In this document: one piece after another, positions 37,822 to 46,810 of the stretch
How positions within the stretch are numbered: the stretch's first letter is position 1
How the letters are laid out: every line of letters starts with the position of its first letter
Origin: a bacterium
Lineage (GTDB): Bacteria; Patescibacteriota; Minisyncoccia; 2-02-FULL-40-12; IGHO2-12-FULL-4
Assembly (NCBI GenBank): GCA_030647955.1
Contig: JAUSIQ010000018.1
Location: 1 to 46,831, forward strand
DNA length: 46,831 nucleotides
Direction: 5' to 3'
Notes under the pieces: model-generated
What the model saw: only the letters and a program-made list of their open reading frames with translations
The model's database searches: none
Told to the model about the DNA's origin: nothing
Made by a program: the position numbers and the translations under genes

Positions 37822-38583
37822 TTACTTGGCCACACCTGCTAATTCCTGGTCGATAATAGCCTTAAAAGTAGCAAAGGGTTGGGCACCGATTACCCTTCTA
37901 CCGTTAACAAACAAAGTTGGTGTGCCACTCACTCCAAGCGCTGATCCAGCCTGTAAGTCTTTACTTACTTCTTCTTTATATTTTCCTGAATCTAAACACT
38001 GATTAAATTGGGCTGTATTTAAATTGGTTTCCTGGGCCCATTTTTTCAATTCCGGAACACCATAGCTCACCGTACCCTGTCCTTGCAAAGCTTGAGCCGA
38101 AAAAATCTTGTCGTGATACTCCCAGAACTTGCCCTGATCATCCGCACACTCCGCGGCTTGAGCCGACGGTTCTGCGGCCGGATGAAAATCCAAAGGAAAA
38201 TCACGAAAAACTAATTTTACCTTTCCAGTATCAATATATTCTTTTTTAATTTGCACATAAGCATCCTCCCAGAATTTGCGGCAAAACGGACATTGAAAAT
38301 CACTGAATTCCACAATCGTCACCGTGGCATTGGGATGGCCCAGAACAGGATCGTCATCCACACTAACATCTGCTTTCCCCTCTTCGTCTCCCTGGACAAT
38401 TTGCGCTCCTTTATTCGTGTCGGCACTGCCTAATTTATCTCGATTAACATACAACAGCGTGCCGGAGACGAGCACCGCCGCGATTAAAATCGCCACGGGC
38501 AAAATTAGCTTATTAATATCTAGGGAAGAAGATCTCTTTTCAGTGGCCGCACTACTGCCTTCAGGGATAATTTCGATGTCCAT
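37822..38583 (-). CDS. DsbA family thiol-disulfide oxidoreductase
   Basis: EFSDFQCPFC, FRDFPL, GVSGTPT, GAQP; N-terminal TM. Confidence 0.94.
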   Translation of the reverse strand: MDIEIIPEGSSAATEKRSSSLDINKLILPVAILIAAVLVSGTLLYVNRDKLGSADTNKGAQIVQGDEEGKADVSVDDDPVLGHPNATVTIVEFSDFQCPFCRKFWEDAYVQIKKEYIDTGKVKLVFRDFPLDFHPAAEPSAQAAECADDQGKFWEYHDKIFSAQALQGQGTVSYGVPELKKWAQETNLNTAQFNQCLDSGKYKEEVSKDLQAGSALGVSGTPTLFVNGRRVIGAQPFATFKAIIDQELAGVAK

Positions 38584-38723
38584 AGAAATAGATAATTAGA
38601 TCAAAATATTATTATCTATCAGTATATCTGAAGTAAATTTTAAAATCAAAGAACACAAGGGCAACCTCTCTGAATATGAATTCTATATGAGAGCATAGCG
38701 CAAACTAAATGAGAATATGATGA

Positions 38724-38753
38724 ACCCCGCCCATGTCTAAACATGGGCGGGGT
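38724..38753. repeat. GC-rich palindrome after pyrE (terminator or REP-like)
   Basis: ACCCCGCCCATGT-CTAA-ACATGGGCGGGGT, no clear U-tract. Confidence 0.6.
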
Positions 38754-38757
38754 GAAC

Positions 38758-39384
38758 CTACTTTTTGCTATTTTTTTCTAGGTATTTTCGCCCATGTCCC
38801 ACTTGGGTATTAATCATTAATCCCAATGCACACATTGGACAATCTTTTTCTTCATACGATTCCAGGGGCAAAATTCCCAGGCTGGAAAATGGCACCCCGA
38901 GAGTTTCGGCATTTACTCTTTGTGCATCTCGATTAACCATCGCGCTCGCCGCCACCACTTTTCCTCCGACTTCCTGTACCGTGGCGATAACTTTTTTTAA
39001 AGATCCGCCCGTAGTGGTTAGGTCTTCTAAAGCCAAAACATTTTTCCCAGCCACAAATAATTCGTGTCCGCGTGTAAACTTTTGCTGATCGTTAATCTTT
39101 TCGGTATATACTCCCAAAACTTTGCGCCCTAGTAACTGCGAGAGGTGATAAGCCGTCCATTGAGATAAAATAATACCCCCAAGAGCGGGGGCCACGACTA
39201 CTTCTATTGGATATTCTCGATTAACTTCCGCCAAAAGCTGACCGATACGAGCCGTTTCTTCCGTATGCGGAAAGAGGGCATCTTTATTAATATAAGTGCG
39301 CAGGTGCCGTCCGGAGGTACCCACAAAATGCCCATCCCCCAATATCGCGCCTACTCTTTTTAAGATCTCGATGACGTCCGTCAT
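38758..39384 (-). CDS. pyrE: Orotate phosphoribosyltransferase
   Basis: GHF..TSGRH, PALGGI, VLALEDLTTTGGS, CPMC. Confidence 0.9.
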   Translation of the reverse strand: MTDVIEILKRVGAILGDGHFVGTSGRHLRTYINKDALFPHTEETARIGQLLAEVNREYPIEVVVAPALGGIILSQWTAYHLSQLLGRKVLGVYTEKINDQQKFTRGHELFVAGKNVLALEDLTTTGGSLKKVIATVQEVGGKVVAASAMVNRDAQRVNAETLGVPFSSLGILPLESYEEKDCPMCALGLMINTQVGHGRKYLEKNSKK

Positions 39385-39420
39385 TGAGATTTAGTATATC
39401 TTAATGATGACTAAACACCA

Positions 39421-39460
39421 ACTGAACCAAAAACCGCCTAGCGGCGGTTTTTGGTTCAGT
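39421..39460 (-). terminator. Terminator after the large surface protein gene
   Basis: ACTGAACCAAAAACCGCC-TAGC-GGCGGTTTTTGGTTCAGT. Confidence 0.88.
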
Positions 39461-39467
39461 GATCATC

Positions 39468-42400
39468 TTAGGGGTTAGCATTGCTCATGTCTTGCTGAAC
39501 CTCTGAAACAGTAAGTACTCGATCGTAAAGGTGAACCTCATCGATCTTGCCGTTAAAGTATTGACCAATTCCCCCGTAAGCACCAATGGTAGTAGGAAAG
39601 GCAGTGGAGGTCGGTGTACCACTATTCTGATTGGCACTTCCCGAAAGCGCGCCGTTGACATAAAGGTTGGCCGTGCCAGTCGCAGTTCTCGTCACACAAA
39701 CATGGGTCCAAGTGTTATTTAGAAGAGCATTATCTACCGAGCCGACGGTTGTCCCACCATTACTCGTAAAGTACACTCTATGATCATAGCCCCGGGCCAA
39801 AAGACCAAATCTGGTATTATCGACAACAGAGTTAAAGCCAGAGGGATAATTTGAGTAAATCCAGGCACAAGCACTAATCGTCCCAGTACTAATAAGGTTA
39901 CTACCAAGATTCACATAGTCATTGGTTCCGTCGAACAACAATCCGCCGCCACTTTTCCCTGTAGTCCAGGCAGGACCATTGGTGAGGGTGCCGAGATGGC
40001 CATTGCCGGAAGAGTCCTCAGCGACAGTGCCAGAACCTTCGGAAAAGGTATAAGAGGAGATCAAGCCACTGGGCAAAGGACTTTGTATAACGTTGTAGGT
40101 AGCCGTGTACGATTGGGCACTGGTGGGGACAGTGATAGTATGTAATCTCGCTTCTCCGTCAGACCAGGCAACAAAGTTGTACGAAGTGAGTCCTTGGTTT
40201 TGATCCGGAGCTTCCATGGTATGCTGGAAACCAATTAAGGTATCGAGTACAAACGGAGCGGTCTTGCTAATACCATCAAGCTTCAAAGTTAGTCCGCTCG
40301 GCGAGGTATTAAAGCTAAGGTTAACTTTATCGGGATAAACAACCACCGACTTCGTGTCAGTCAGACTATTAGAATCAGTCACCGTTAATTTAAACTCGTA
40401 ACGAGTATTGCCCTGAAAATCATGGCCGCTAGTAGGAACGGTGAAGCTTCCTGAAGTCACCCCCATAAAAGTCGGCCCAGGGTGGACATGTCCCTCGTGC
40501 AGAAAATTAACTTCCCAGGAAAACGTACTCTCCGGCAATGTACCGTCTTCTAAATCAGTGGCTTGTCCAGAAAAACTGATCACATCCCCCGCTCGAAATA
40601 GAGCATTGTTCTGCGGGGTAAGAATAGTTGCGGTCGGTTTGCTTCCTACCGTTACATAGACCGGTTCAGCCAGAGTAGTGTTAATGCTGTCAGAAACCGC
40701 CAGTCGCACAGTATACTGCCCAGCTTGAGTATAGACATGGCTGGGATTGGCGGCAGTAGATGAGGCCGTATCTCCGAAAGTCCAAAGATAGGTGAGGGGT
40801 TGATTTTCGGGATCAGACGAACCAGTGCTAGAGAAATCCACCGTCAGAGGTGCCGGACCAGAATCGGGATTAGCCGCAGCCATGGCTACCGGCGGCTGGT
40901 TAGTCTGAACATAGCGGATTCTTCGCACCTTACTTATGCCATCAGAGATTCCCAAATCCACATAATACAACGCCCCATCCGGACCCTCTGATAAGTAAAC
41001 AATGTCTCCGTAGGGTCCGTCCAAAGAACCATCAATCGGTTCGAAGTTTTGGGTACTCACCACATTACCATTGACATCGAGCACGAGACGTCTAATCCAA
41101 TTTTGAGCATAGTCTGCGTAAAAATAGTTACCTTGGTATTCGGATGGATATTGAGTGCCGTGATAAATAAACCCTCCGGTAATCGAAGCATCGCGATTAT
41201 TGTGAGGATACCAGAAGAGCGCATCAGTGTAGGCAGGATTGCCGCAGGCACCCTCGCAATTTGGCCAACCATAGTTAGCGCCAGCCACTCCGATATTGAC
41301 TTCTTCTTTAGCCACGGCCGGATCGTTTCCACCGACATCAGCAATATAGAATCTTCCCGTGGGGATATCGTAATACGCTCGGAACGGATTACGCAATCCA
41401 TAAGCCCAGATGGCTTCCAGGTTGGGACCGGCACCATCATCGAATGGATTATCGGTGGGGATGGTTCCGTCTGAATTGATGCGCAGAATCTTTCCGTGAT
41501 AAGTAGTGAGCAGTTGCGAGTCAGACGGAACAAAATGTTCGCCCACTGTGACGTACAGCTTCCCATCATTTCCAAAATTCAGAGCCCCACCATGGTGTTG
41601 AACATCGGCATCGACAATGTCTTGCCAAACAACGAATTCGCTTCCCGAGACAGTAGCATTACCACTGGCTGTAAAGCGCGACACTCGGTCACGGTTAGGA
41701 GAGCCCAAAGTATAAAACACGTAGTAGTATCCGTTGGTCGCAAAATTAGGGTCAAGAACCACATCCATCAAACCCTGCTCACCCAGAGATGTACCAATAT
41801 TACTCAACAGTAAGAAAGGGGTTGGATCCGGTTGGGTGGCACCCGGCTGAACCACACGAATCACCCCGCCAAGCTCGGCCAAAAGCATTCTACCGTCTGG
41901 CAAAAACTCAAGATTAGTAGCAAAGTTCGTTCCAGTGACGACAATTTCGTTCTGGAAAAATCCGGCATTAAACACAGTCACATTAACTGGGGACGAGACG
42001 GTGATGTTAACAGCCGCATCCCTAGCGCGCGCAGTCAAAGTGTGCGACCCATTGGAAGTAGGAATAGTATCCCAAGAAATGGTATACGGAGCATTGGTGT
42101 CTTCCACACCAAGATCCGCTCCATCTAACAAAAACTGCACACCAGACACTCCGACATTATCCGCCGCCGTCGCGGTAAGCGTCACAAAACCAGAAAGCTG
42201 TGCTCCACTTGTCGGAGAAGTAACCGAGACCGTCGGAGGAGTAGCGTCGCTAGGAATAGTGCCATTGGAGTTATAGACCGATAAAACCTCTTGGAAAGAC
42301 AGTGGGCGGTTATATATTTTTAATTCGTCCACATTACCGTACAAATTCATTCCTCCGATACTGCTATACTGGCCAATAGTGGCCGGAAAAGCAGTAGCTG

Positions 42401-44159
42401 TAGCTGTTCCGATATTTTGATTGATAGTTCCCGACAAAACCCCATTTACATAGAACGTGCCGGTATTACTGGTTCGAATAAAGCAGAAATGATTCCAAAC
42501 ATTGGACGGGAACTGGCTAGATACAGCAGTGAACATCCCATTACTGGTACCGAGCAAAGTTAAAGCATTGGAATCATACGTATCCACCACAATAGAGAAT
42601 CTGGTATTATCCAAAACGTCATTAAACCGAACAGGGGCGCCAGAGCGCTGAAACAGCCAGGCACAAACCGTGAGGTCCTGGGTGCCGATAATCGTGTCAT
42701 TCAATACGACATGGTCATTAACTCCGTCGAAACTTAAAGCCCCCGCCCCAATTTTGCCTGCAATCCAAGTTGGCCCGTTCACCAAAGTACCATTGTTATC
42801 ATTGCCGGAGGTATCTACCGCTAATGTACCCGTGCCAACATCTAGAGGATAGGAGCCGACTAGACCTGGCAGCTCACTGCTCGGTGGATTTACGGTAACC
42901 ACCGCATCATCGCTCGTCGACAAGGCCGAATCATCGGCGGTTAATCTTAAAGTGTATATACCCTCATCAGAAAAAGTGACGGTAGTATCTACCGCACCAG
43001 CATTACCAAAAGTCACTGTGCCCGGACCGCTAATCTTCGTCCAGATCGTAGTCACCGTAGATGGCGGATTCGGCAACCCATCATCACTAACCATACCGTC
43101 TAAATTGGCGACACTGCCCGAAGCAATACTCTGATCGTTCCCCGCACTTACTAACGGCGCATCATTAGTCTGCACCGGTGTCGTGAAAGTGAAATCAAGA
43201 GATTGGCCAAGATTATTGGACGCATCTCGCGAACGGACCTGATAATGATACAAAGTATTGGGCGCAAGACCATTCAAAACCACGCTATGGCTAGCAGTCA
43301 AAGTACTATTGAGTGTGCTCAAAGAGCCATACCCCGTGGTAAGACCAAAAGCCACCTGGGAATCGGCAGGCTCATCCGTCGTCCAGTTAATAGTGGCCGA
43401 ATTGTAAGTCACGGGGGAGGCACTAACGGCAGAGATCATCGGAGCCGTTGTATCTGGCGGAGCACCGGTATCATTGTAAACATCAGTCACCTCTTGAGAA
43501 GTAAGCACCTGGTTATATATTCTCACTTCGTCAATCTTGCCATTAAAATATTGCCCAACTCCGCCGTAGGCACCAATAGTAGTTGGGAAAGCCGTCGAGA
43601 GCGGATTACCGGTGCTTTGGTTTGGTGTACCAGATAAAACTCCGTTCACATAAACATTTCCGGTCCCGCCGGCTGTTCTGGTTACACATATATGCGTCCA
43701 TGTATTATTTGGAACGCTATTATTGGCCGATACGGCGGAAGCACCACCGTTACTGGTAAAGTACACCGCATGATTAAACCCACGGACATACAAACCAAAA
43801 CGCGTATTATCAAGTACAGAAGTAAATCCGCTTGGTAAATTAGAATACACCCAAGCGCAGGCACTAACTGCTCCAGTACTAACTAGGCTATTACCGAGAT
43901 TAACGTAGTCATTATTTCCATCAAAAGAGAGGCCGCCGCCGATTTTCCCCATGGTCCAGACTGGGCCATTGGTAAGTGTACCGGTATTACTATTACCCGA
44001 AGCGTCGACCGTAGTGGTACCGGAGCCTTCCGAGAAAGGATAAGCGGCAATGGGACTGGGCGCAGCCAAAGCATTCTCGGGCAAAAGATTAACAGTAGAA
44101 ATTACAGTCGACCCTATCACTAACATAACAAGCATCTGACGCAAAGATTTATTTTGCAT
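39468..44159 (-). CDS. Large secreted multidomain protein: 3x LamG, Fn3, PKD/Ig-like, PQQ-dependent glucose/sorbosone dehydrogenase beta-propeller
   Basis: LSFDG.NDYV/F.GKIDEV.IY (LamG), GEQGL, HHGG.L.FG.DGKLY, GKILRIN.DG, AYGLRNPFR, NYGWP, WTFGD (PKD). Confidence 0.92.
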   Translation of the reverse strand: MQNKSLRQMLVMLVIGSTVISTVNLLPENALAAPSPIAAYPFSEGSGTTTVDASGNSNTGTLTNGPVWTMGKIGGGLSFDGNNDYVNLGNSLVSTGAVSACAWVYSNLPSGFTSVLDNTRFGLYVRGFNHAVYFTSNGGASAVSANNSVPNNTWTHICVTRTAGGTGNVYVNGVLSGTPNQSTGNPLSTAFPTTIGAYGGVGQYFNGKIDEVRIYNQVLTSQEVTDVYNDTGAPPDTTAPMISAVSASPVTYNSATINWTTDEPADSQVAFGLTTGYGSLSTLNSTLTASHSVVLNGLAPNTLYHYQVRSRDASNNLGQSLDFTFTTPVQTNDAPLVSAGNDQSIASGSVANLDGMVSDDGLPNPPSTVTTIWTKISGPGTVTFGNAGAVDTTVTFSDEGIYTLRLTADDSALSTSDDAVVTVNPPSSELPGLVGSYPLDVGTGTLAVDTSGNDNNGTLVNGPTWIAGKIGAGALSFDGVNDHVVLNDTIIGTQDLTVCAWLFQRSGAPVRFNDVLDNTRFSIVVDTYDSNALTLLGTSNGMFTAVSSQFPSNVWNHFCFIRTSNTGTFYVNGVLSGTINQNIGTATATAFPATIGQYSSIGGMNLYGNVDELKIYNRPLSFQEVLSVYNSNGTIPSDATPPTVSVTSPTSGAQLSGFVTLTATAADNVGVSGVQFLLDGADLGVEDTNAPYTISWDTIPTSNGSHTLTARARDAAVNITVSSPVNVTVFNAGFFQNEIVVTGTNFATNLEFLPDGRMLLAELGGVIRVVQPGATQPDPTPFLLLSNIGTSLGEQGLMDVVLDPNFATNGYYYVFYTLGSPNRDRVSRFTASGNATVSGSEFVVWQDIVDADVQHHGGALNFGNDGKLYVTVGEHFVPSDSQLLTTYHGKILRINSDGTIPTDNPFDDGAGPNLEAIWAYGLRNPFRAYYDIPTGRFYIADVGGNDPAVAKEEVNIGVAGANYGWPNCEGACGNPAYTDALFWYPHNNRDASITGGFIYHGTQYPSEYQGNYFYADYAQNWIRRLVLDVNGNVVSTQNFEPIDGSLDGPYGDIVYLSEGPDGALYYVDLGISDGISKVRRIRYVQTNQPPVAMAAANPDSGPAPLTVDFSSTGSSDPENQPLTYLWTFGDTASSTAANPSHVYTQAGQYTVRLAVSDSINTTLAEPVYVTVGSKPTATILTPQNNALFRAGDVISFSGQATDLEDGTLPESTFSWEVNFLHEGHVHPGPTFMGVTSGSFTVPTSGHDFQGNTRYEFKLTVTDSNSLTDTKSVVVYPDKVNLSFNTSPSGLTLKLDGISKTAPFVLDTLIGFQHTMEAPDQNQGLTSYNFVAWSDGEARLHTITVPTSAQSYTATYNVIQSPLPSGLISSYTFSEGSGTVAEDSSGNGHLGTLTNGPAWTTGKSGGGLLFDGTNDYVNLGSNLISTGTISACAWIYSNYPSGFNSVVDNTRFGLLARGYDHRVYFTSNGGTTVGSVDNALLNNTWTHVCVTRTATGTANLYVNGALSGSANQNSGTPTSTAFPTTIGAYGGIGQYFNGKIDEVHLYDRVLTVSEVQQDMSNANP

Positions 44160-44228
44160 TGTTTTATTTAAATAAAATTATACCAATCAACGATTATAAT
44201 AAATCACAAAAAAACTTGCAAATCATGA

Positions 44229-44280
44229 AGACAAAATAAGACCCCCGAGAGCGAGGGCCACCACGACTTCGATCGGATAT
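44229..44280 (-). pseudogene. 52-bp internal fragment of a diverged pyrE allele
   Basis: 44/52 identity to 39163-39214; YPIEVVVALALGGLILS versus YPIEVVVAPALGGIILS. Confidence 0.88.
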
Positions 44281-44284
44281 CGGC

Positions 44285-44854
44285 CTAATTCGTCCAGTCA
44301 AATTCCACTACATTGGAGACGAGCGTCCCCTTCCATACATTTTCCATTATGCCACTTTCCTCTGAATCTTTGGCCTTCCAATAATCTTTCTTGCTCGTCC
44401 ACTCCACTTGCGCCATATACTTTCCCGGAGCTAGATTACTAAAATAATAAATTCCCCAACTCAAGACGCCGCCGCTCTTTTTATGTGTTCTTAGACTACT
44501 CGCAAATTCCTTTTCTTCTCCCGGTGCCAAGCGCACATAGTAGTCTTGGTAGATACTGGAATCAAACCTCATCGCCGCCAAGTCATCTTCGGCTTTAATC
44601 GTCTGACCAGCCGCATCTTTTAAAACTAGGTAGGAGGGCTGCAAAACGCTGTTTTCCAAAAAGACTTTCTCGGTGGACGAGTTGTTACGAATAACCGCCA
44701 CGAGTTCTCCATTCTCTCCCACCCTTAAACTTAAAGTCAACGGGTTTTCTGCTGCGTTTTCCATATTAAAAATTGTACCCCATTCTGATTTGGCAATCAA
44801 AAAGCCACCGACGATCAATCCTGCCACAATCCAGCTGTAGATCATTTTTCTCAT
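44285..44854 (-). CDS. Hypothetical membrane-anchored Ig-like protein
   Basis: N-terminal TM, L.PGE, L.PGKY, W.G.L.SN motifs; ATG 44854 preferred. Confidence 0.8.
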   Translation of the reverse strand: MRKMIYSWIVAGLIVGGFLIAKSEWGTIFNMENAAENPLTLSLRVGENGELVAVIRNNSSTEKVFLENSVLQPSYLVLKDAAGQTIKAEDDLAAMRFDSSIYQDYYVRLAPGEEKEFASSLRTHKKSGGVLSWGIYYFSNLAPGKYMAQVEWTSKKDYWKAKDSEESGIMENVWKGTLVSNVVEFDWTN

Positions 44855-44977
44855 AGCCTTTAATATAGTATACCGCAAGCGCGAGTAGGCACAATGAAGA
44901 TTTTTCGCCCTCCTCTCCTTCGTCTCTTCTCTCACCAAAAAGAAAAGGGCTTAATCAAAAAGCCGACGTTTAGTCGA

Positions 44978-45283
44978 CTACAAAGGTCGGATTTCTCCGA
45001 TAACTTTGGTAAATACTCTTACTCCTTGGTATTCAGTGGGAAAGGGAATATTGCCCGGTAATGGTTCTCGAAACCCGACCAAAAGACAAAAATCATCTTT
45101 AGTATCTGGACTGGCCTCTTTATCACAAATACTAACCATGGAAATCCCGCACGAATTTACATAATTCGAATACGGATGAGCAAAAAAATATTCCTTCACA
45201 AATTCCCCGTTAATACGCTTAACATCTTCGAACAAAAAACCCATTTCTCTCTCCTTCAAAAAGTACTCTTCACACTTTATCAC
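44978..45283 (-). CDS. Hypothetical protein
   Basis: AAGGAG RBS; P.EYQGV.V...VIGEI C-terminal motif. Confidence 0.75.
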   Translation of the reverse strand: MIKCEEYFLKEREMGFLFEDVKRINGEFVKEYFFAHPYSNYVNSCGISMVSICDKEASPDTKDDFCLLVGFREPLPGNIPFPTEYQGVRVFTKVIGEIRPL

Positions 45284-45319
45284 TCCTTAAATTGCGGGTA
45301 AAGGCTTGCGTCTACTGCA

Positions 45320-45907
45320 TTACGGGGCCGGAAGATGGCCGACCGATTGCCAAGCCTTGATGGCCTCGAGAGGATAAAGGAGCATGATGACATTCAGAGC
45401 GAGATTATCGCGCACCCAGAAAAGTGTGCCCAGCTCCATAGCGATAATCAAAACTACCGTAAGCCAAACCGGGAATTTATAAGCAAGATAAAAACCAAAT
45501 CCAGCCATGAACACATCGCTAAGCGAGTTAAAGACACTATCTCCCACATAGCCCAACGAGATGGTCACTTCGCGGTAGCGGTTAATAATGAGCGGAGAAT
45601 TTTCCAGAATTTCCCAACCCGCTTCCAAAAGCAACGCCCCAATGAACCGGTATTTCAAGGGTAGTCTTCTGGCCACCAGCCACAAGAAGGCATAAAACAG
45701 CATGCCATGGATGATATGCGAAAAAGTGTACGGATCGGCAAAGCGCTGAGACTGTTCACTACTCCACACATCCGCTTCCCAAAGACCCGGCTTCCCATCC
45801 GGTCCCCACGGCAACCGGCCCATCGAAAATTCCACCGCGGCCGTCACCGCCAAGATCACCACCACTGCCACAATAATCCATTTATATTTTTTCATTTTAT
45901 CGATCAT
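45320..45907 (-). CDS. DUF2585 (UPF0314) family membrane protein
   Basis: SQRFADPYTFSHIIHG, EAGWEILENSP.II.RYR, Y.GDSV.NS, RDNL.LN. Confidence 0.9.
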   Translation of the reverse strand: MIDKMKKYKWIIVAVVVILAVTAAVEFSMGRLPWGPDGKPGLWEADVWSSEQSQRFADPYTFSHIIHGMLFYAFLWLVARRLPLKYRFIGALLLEAGWEILENSPLIINRYREVTISLGYVGDSVFNSLSDVFMAGFGFYLAYKFPVWLTVVLIIAMELGTLFWVRDNLALNVIMLLYPLEAIKAWQSVGHLPAP

Positions 45908-46010
45908 TGATAGATAGTCTAAAAATGGATATGAAATCCCTATCTTCCATAGTCAAAGCATAACAAAACCAAGCATTTTTCAATAGTTAACATATGTTAA
46001 CTATTGATTC

Positions 46011-46146
46011 TGCGGAGAGAGTGAGATTTCTCTTCCTCCGAAAATTTCTGATGCCTTTGGCATATCGAAATTTTCTCCTCCAGAGTCCGGGTTTTCTAAA
46101 AAGTGAAACTATTCACTTTTTCTCAATACCCTTCGAATCACACTCC
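46011..46146 (-). repeat. tRNA-Ser 3'-end fold-back element 1
   Basis: 46011-46028 identical to the tRNA end 46195-46212; inverted T-arm copy TTCGAATCACACTC at 46132-46145; two inner hairpins. Confidence 0.85.
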
Positions 46147-46156
46147 AATCATAACA

Positions 46157-46192
46157 AATAATAAAGAGTGGCTAAAGCCACTCTTTATTATT
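46157..46192 (-). terminator. Terminator downstream of tRNA-Ser
   Basis: AATAATAAAGAGTGGCT-AA-AGCCACTCTTTATTATT. Confidence 0.85.
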
Positions 46193-46196
46193 GATG

Positions 46197-46283
46197 CGGA
46201 GAGAGTGAGATTCGAACTCACGAGGGTCGTGAGACCCTGGCGGTTTAGTAAACCGCTGCTTTCAGCCACTCAGCCATCTCTCC
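46197..46283 (-). tRNA. tRNA-Ser with ACT anticodon, long variable arm, CCA not encoded
   Basis: GGAGAGA/TCTCTCC, GCGGT-TTACTAA-ACCGC, AGGGTC..GACCCT variable arm, GTGAG-TTCGAAT-CTCAC, G73. Confidence 0.93.
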
Positions 46284-46307
46284 AATAAATTGCGAAAATG
46301 CCTTCCA

Positions 46308-46688
46308 CTAACGCTTCACCGGCGTTCCCTGATGGAAAAACATCTGCCAATTATCGTTCGTCTTTTTCCAGATTGAACTTCGGAGCGAGGTTACCTTATC
46401 GGTATCGTTAATCGTCCTTTCTGTTTTAAAAGTCGTTAATACAAAATTTTCGGACAGCTCTCTTGCTTGAAAGTCGCTTACGATAAACACAACCTTATCT
46501 GTAGATGTCGAAAGATTCTCAAGTGTATCTGCTTTTTTATACAAAGAGCCGGAACTCCCGAACTCCATAAAATCGTCAGTAAGCAATTTATCCAACCGCT
46601 CGCGAGAAGACCGCACTTCTGGTTCAAGAAGTGACATTTCGAGTTCGTAAAAAGTTTTATTTAAATCGTCCATATCTTTCAAAAACAC
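46308..46688 (-). CDS. DUF4440 (SnoaL/NTF2-like) protein
   Basis: LL.PEVRSS, LLTDDFMEFGSSG, SLRSSIW, WQMFFHQGT. Confidence 0.9.
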   Translation of the reverse strand: MFLKDMDDLNKTFYELEMSLLEPEVRSSRERLDKLLTDDFMEFGSSGSLYKKADTLENLSTSTDKVVFIVSDFQARELSENFVLTTFKTERTINDTDKVTSLRSSIWKKTNDNWQMFFHQGTPVKR

Positions 46689-46689
46689 T

Positions 46690-46810
46690 TGCGGAGGCGA
46701 GAGGATATCTCCTTCGGCTCTCGGCTCGCCGTCGCTCGCCTCGGCCTAGGCACCGCCTCGCGGTGTCGCCTACTAGCGACACATCTCTCCGGCGTTCGAA
46801 TCCTCTCTCT
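46690..46810 (-). repeat. tRNA-Ser 3'-end fold-back element 2 (different isoacceptor end)
   Basis: Minus strand GAGAGGATTCGAA-[GC-rich hairpins]-ATATCCTCTCGCCTCCGCA. Confidence 0.8.

Noticed and set aside
39468-44159. Repeated LamG domains as a DGR template/variable repeat pair
   Set aside because: Differences are mostly synonymous third-position changes of all base types rather than adenine-specific, both copies are in frame, and there is no reverse transcriptase in the window.
46011-46146. Intron-containing or split tRNA gene
   Set aside because: No 5' acceptor half, D-arm or anticodon arm; the upstream arm is an antisense copy of the 3' end, not a T-stem 5' strand.
46197-46283. Suppressor (CTA) or Sec/Pyl tRNA
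   Set aside because: The 5-bp stem and 7-nt loop register places ACT, not CTA, at positions 34-36; the acceptor stem is a normal 7 bp.
544-46288. Numerous short ORFs antisense to or overlapping recognised genes (e.g. 1298, 5307, 12600, 34150, 41057, 46103)
   Set aside because: Shadow ORFs of well-supported genes or tRNAs, with no recognisable motifs or start signals.
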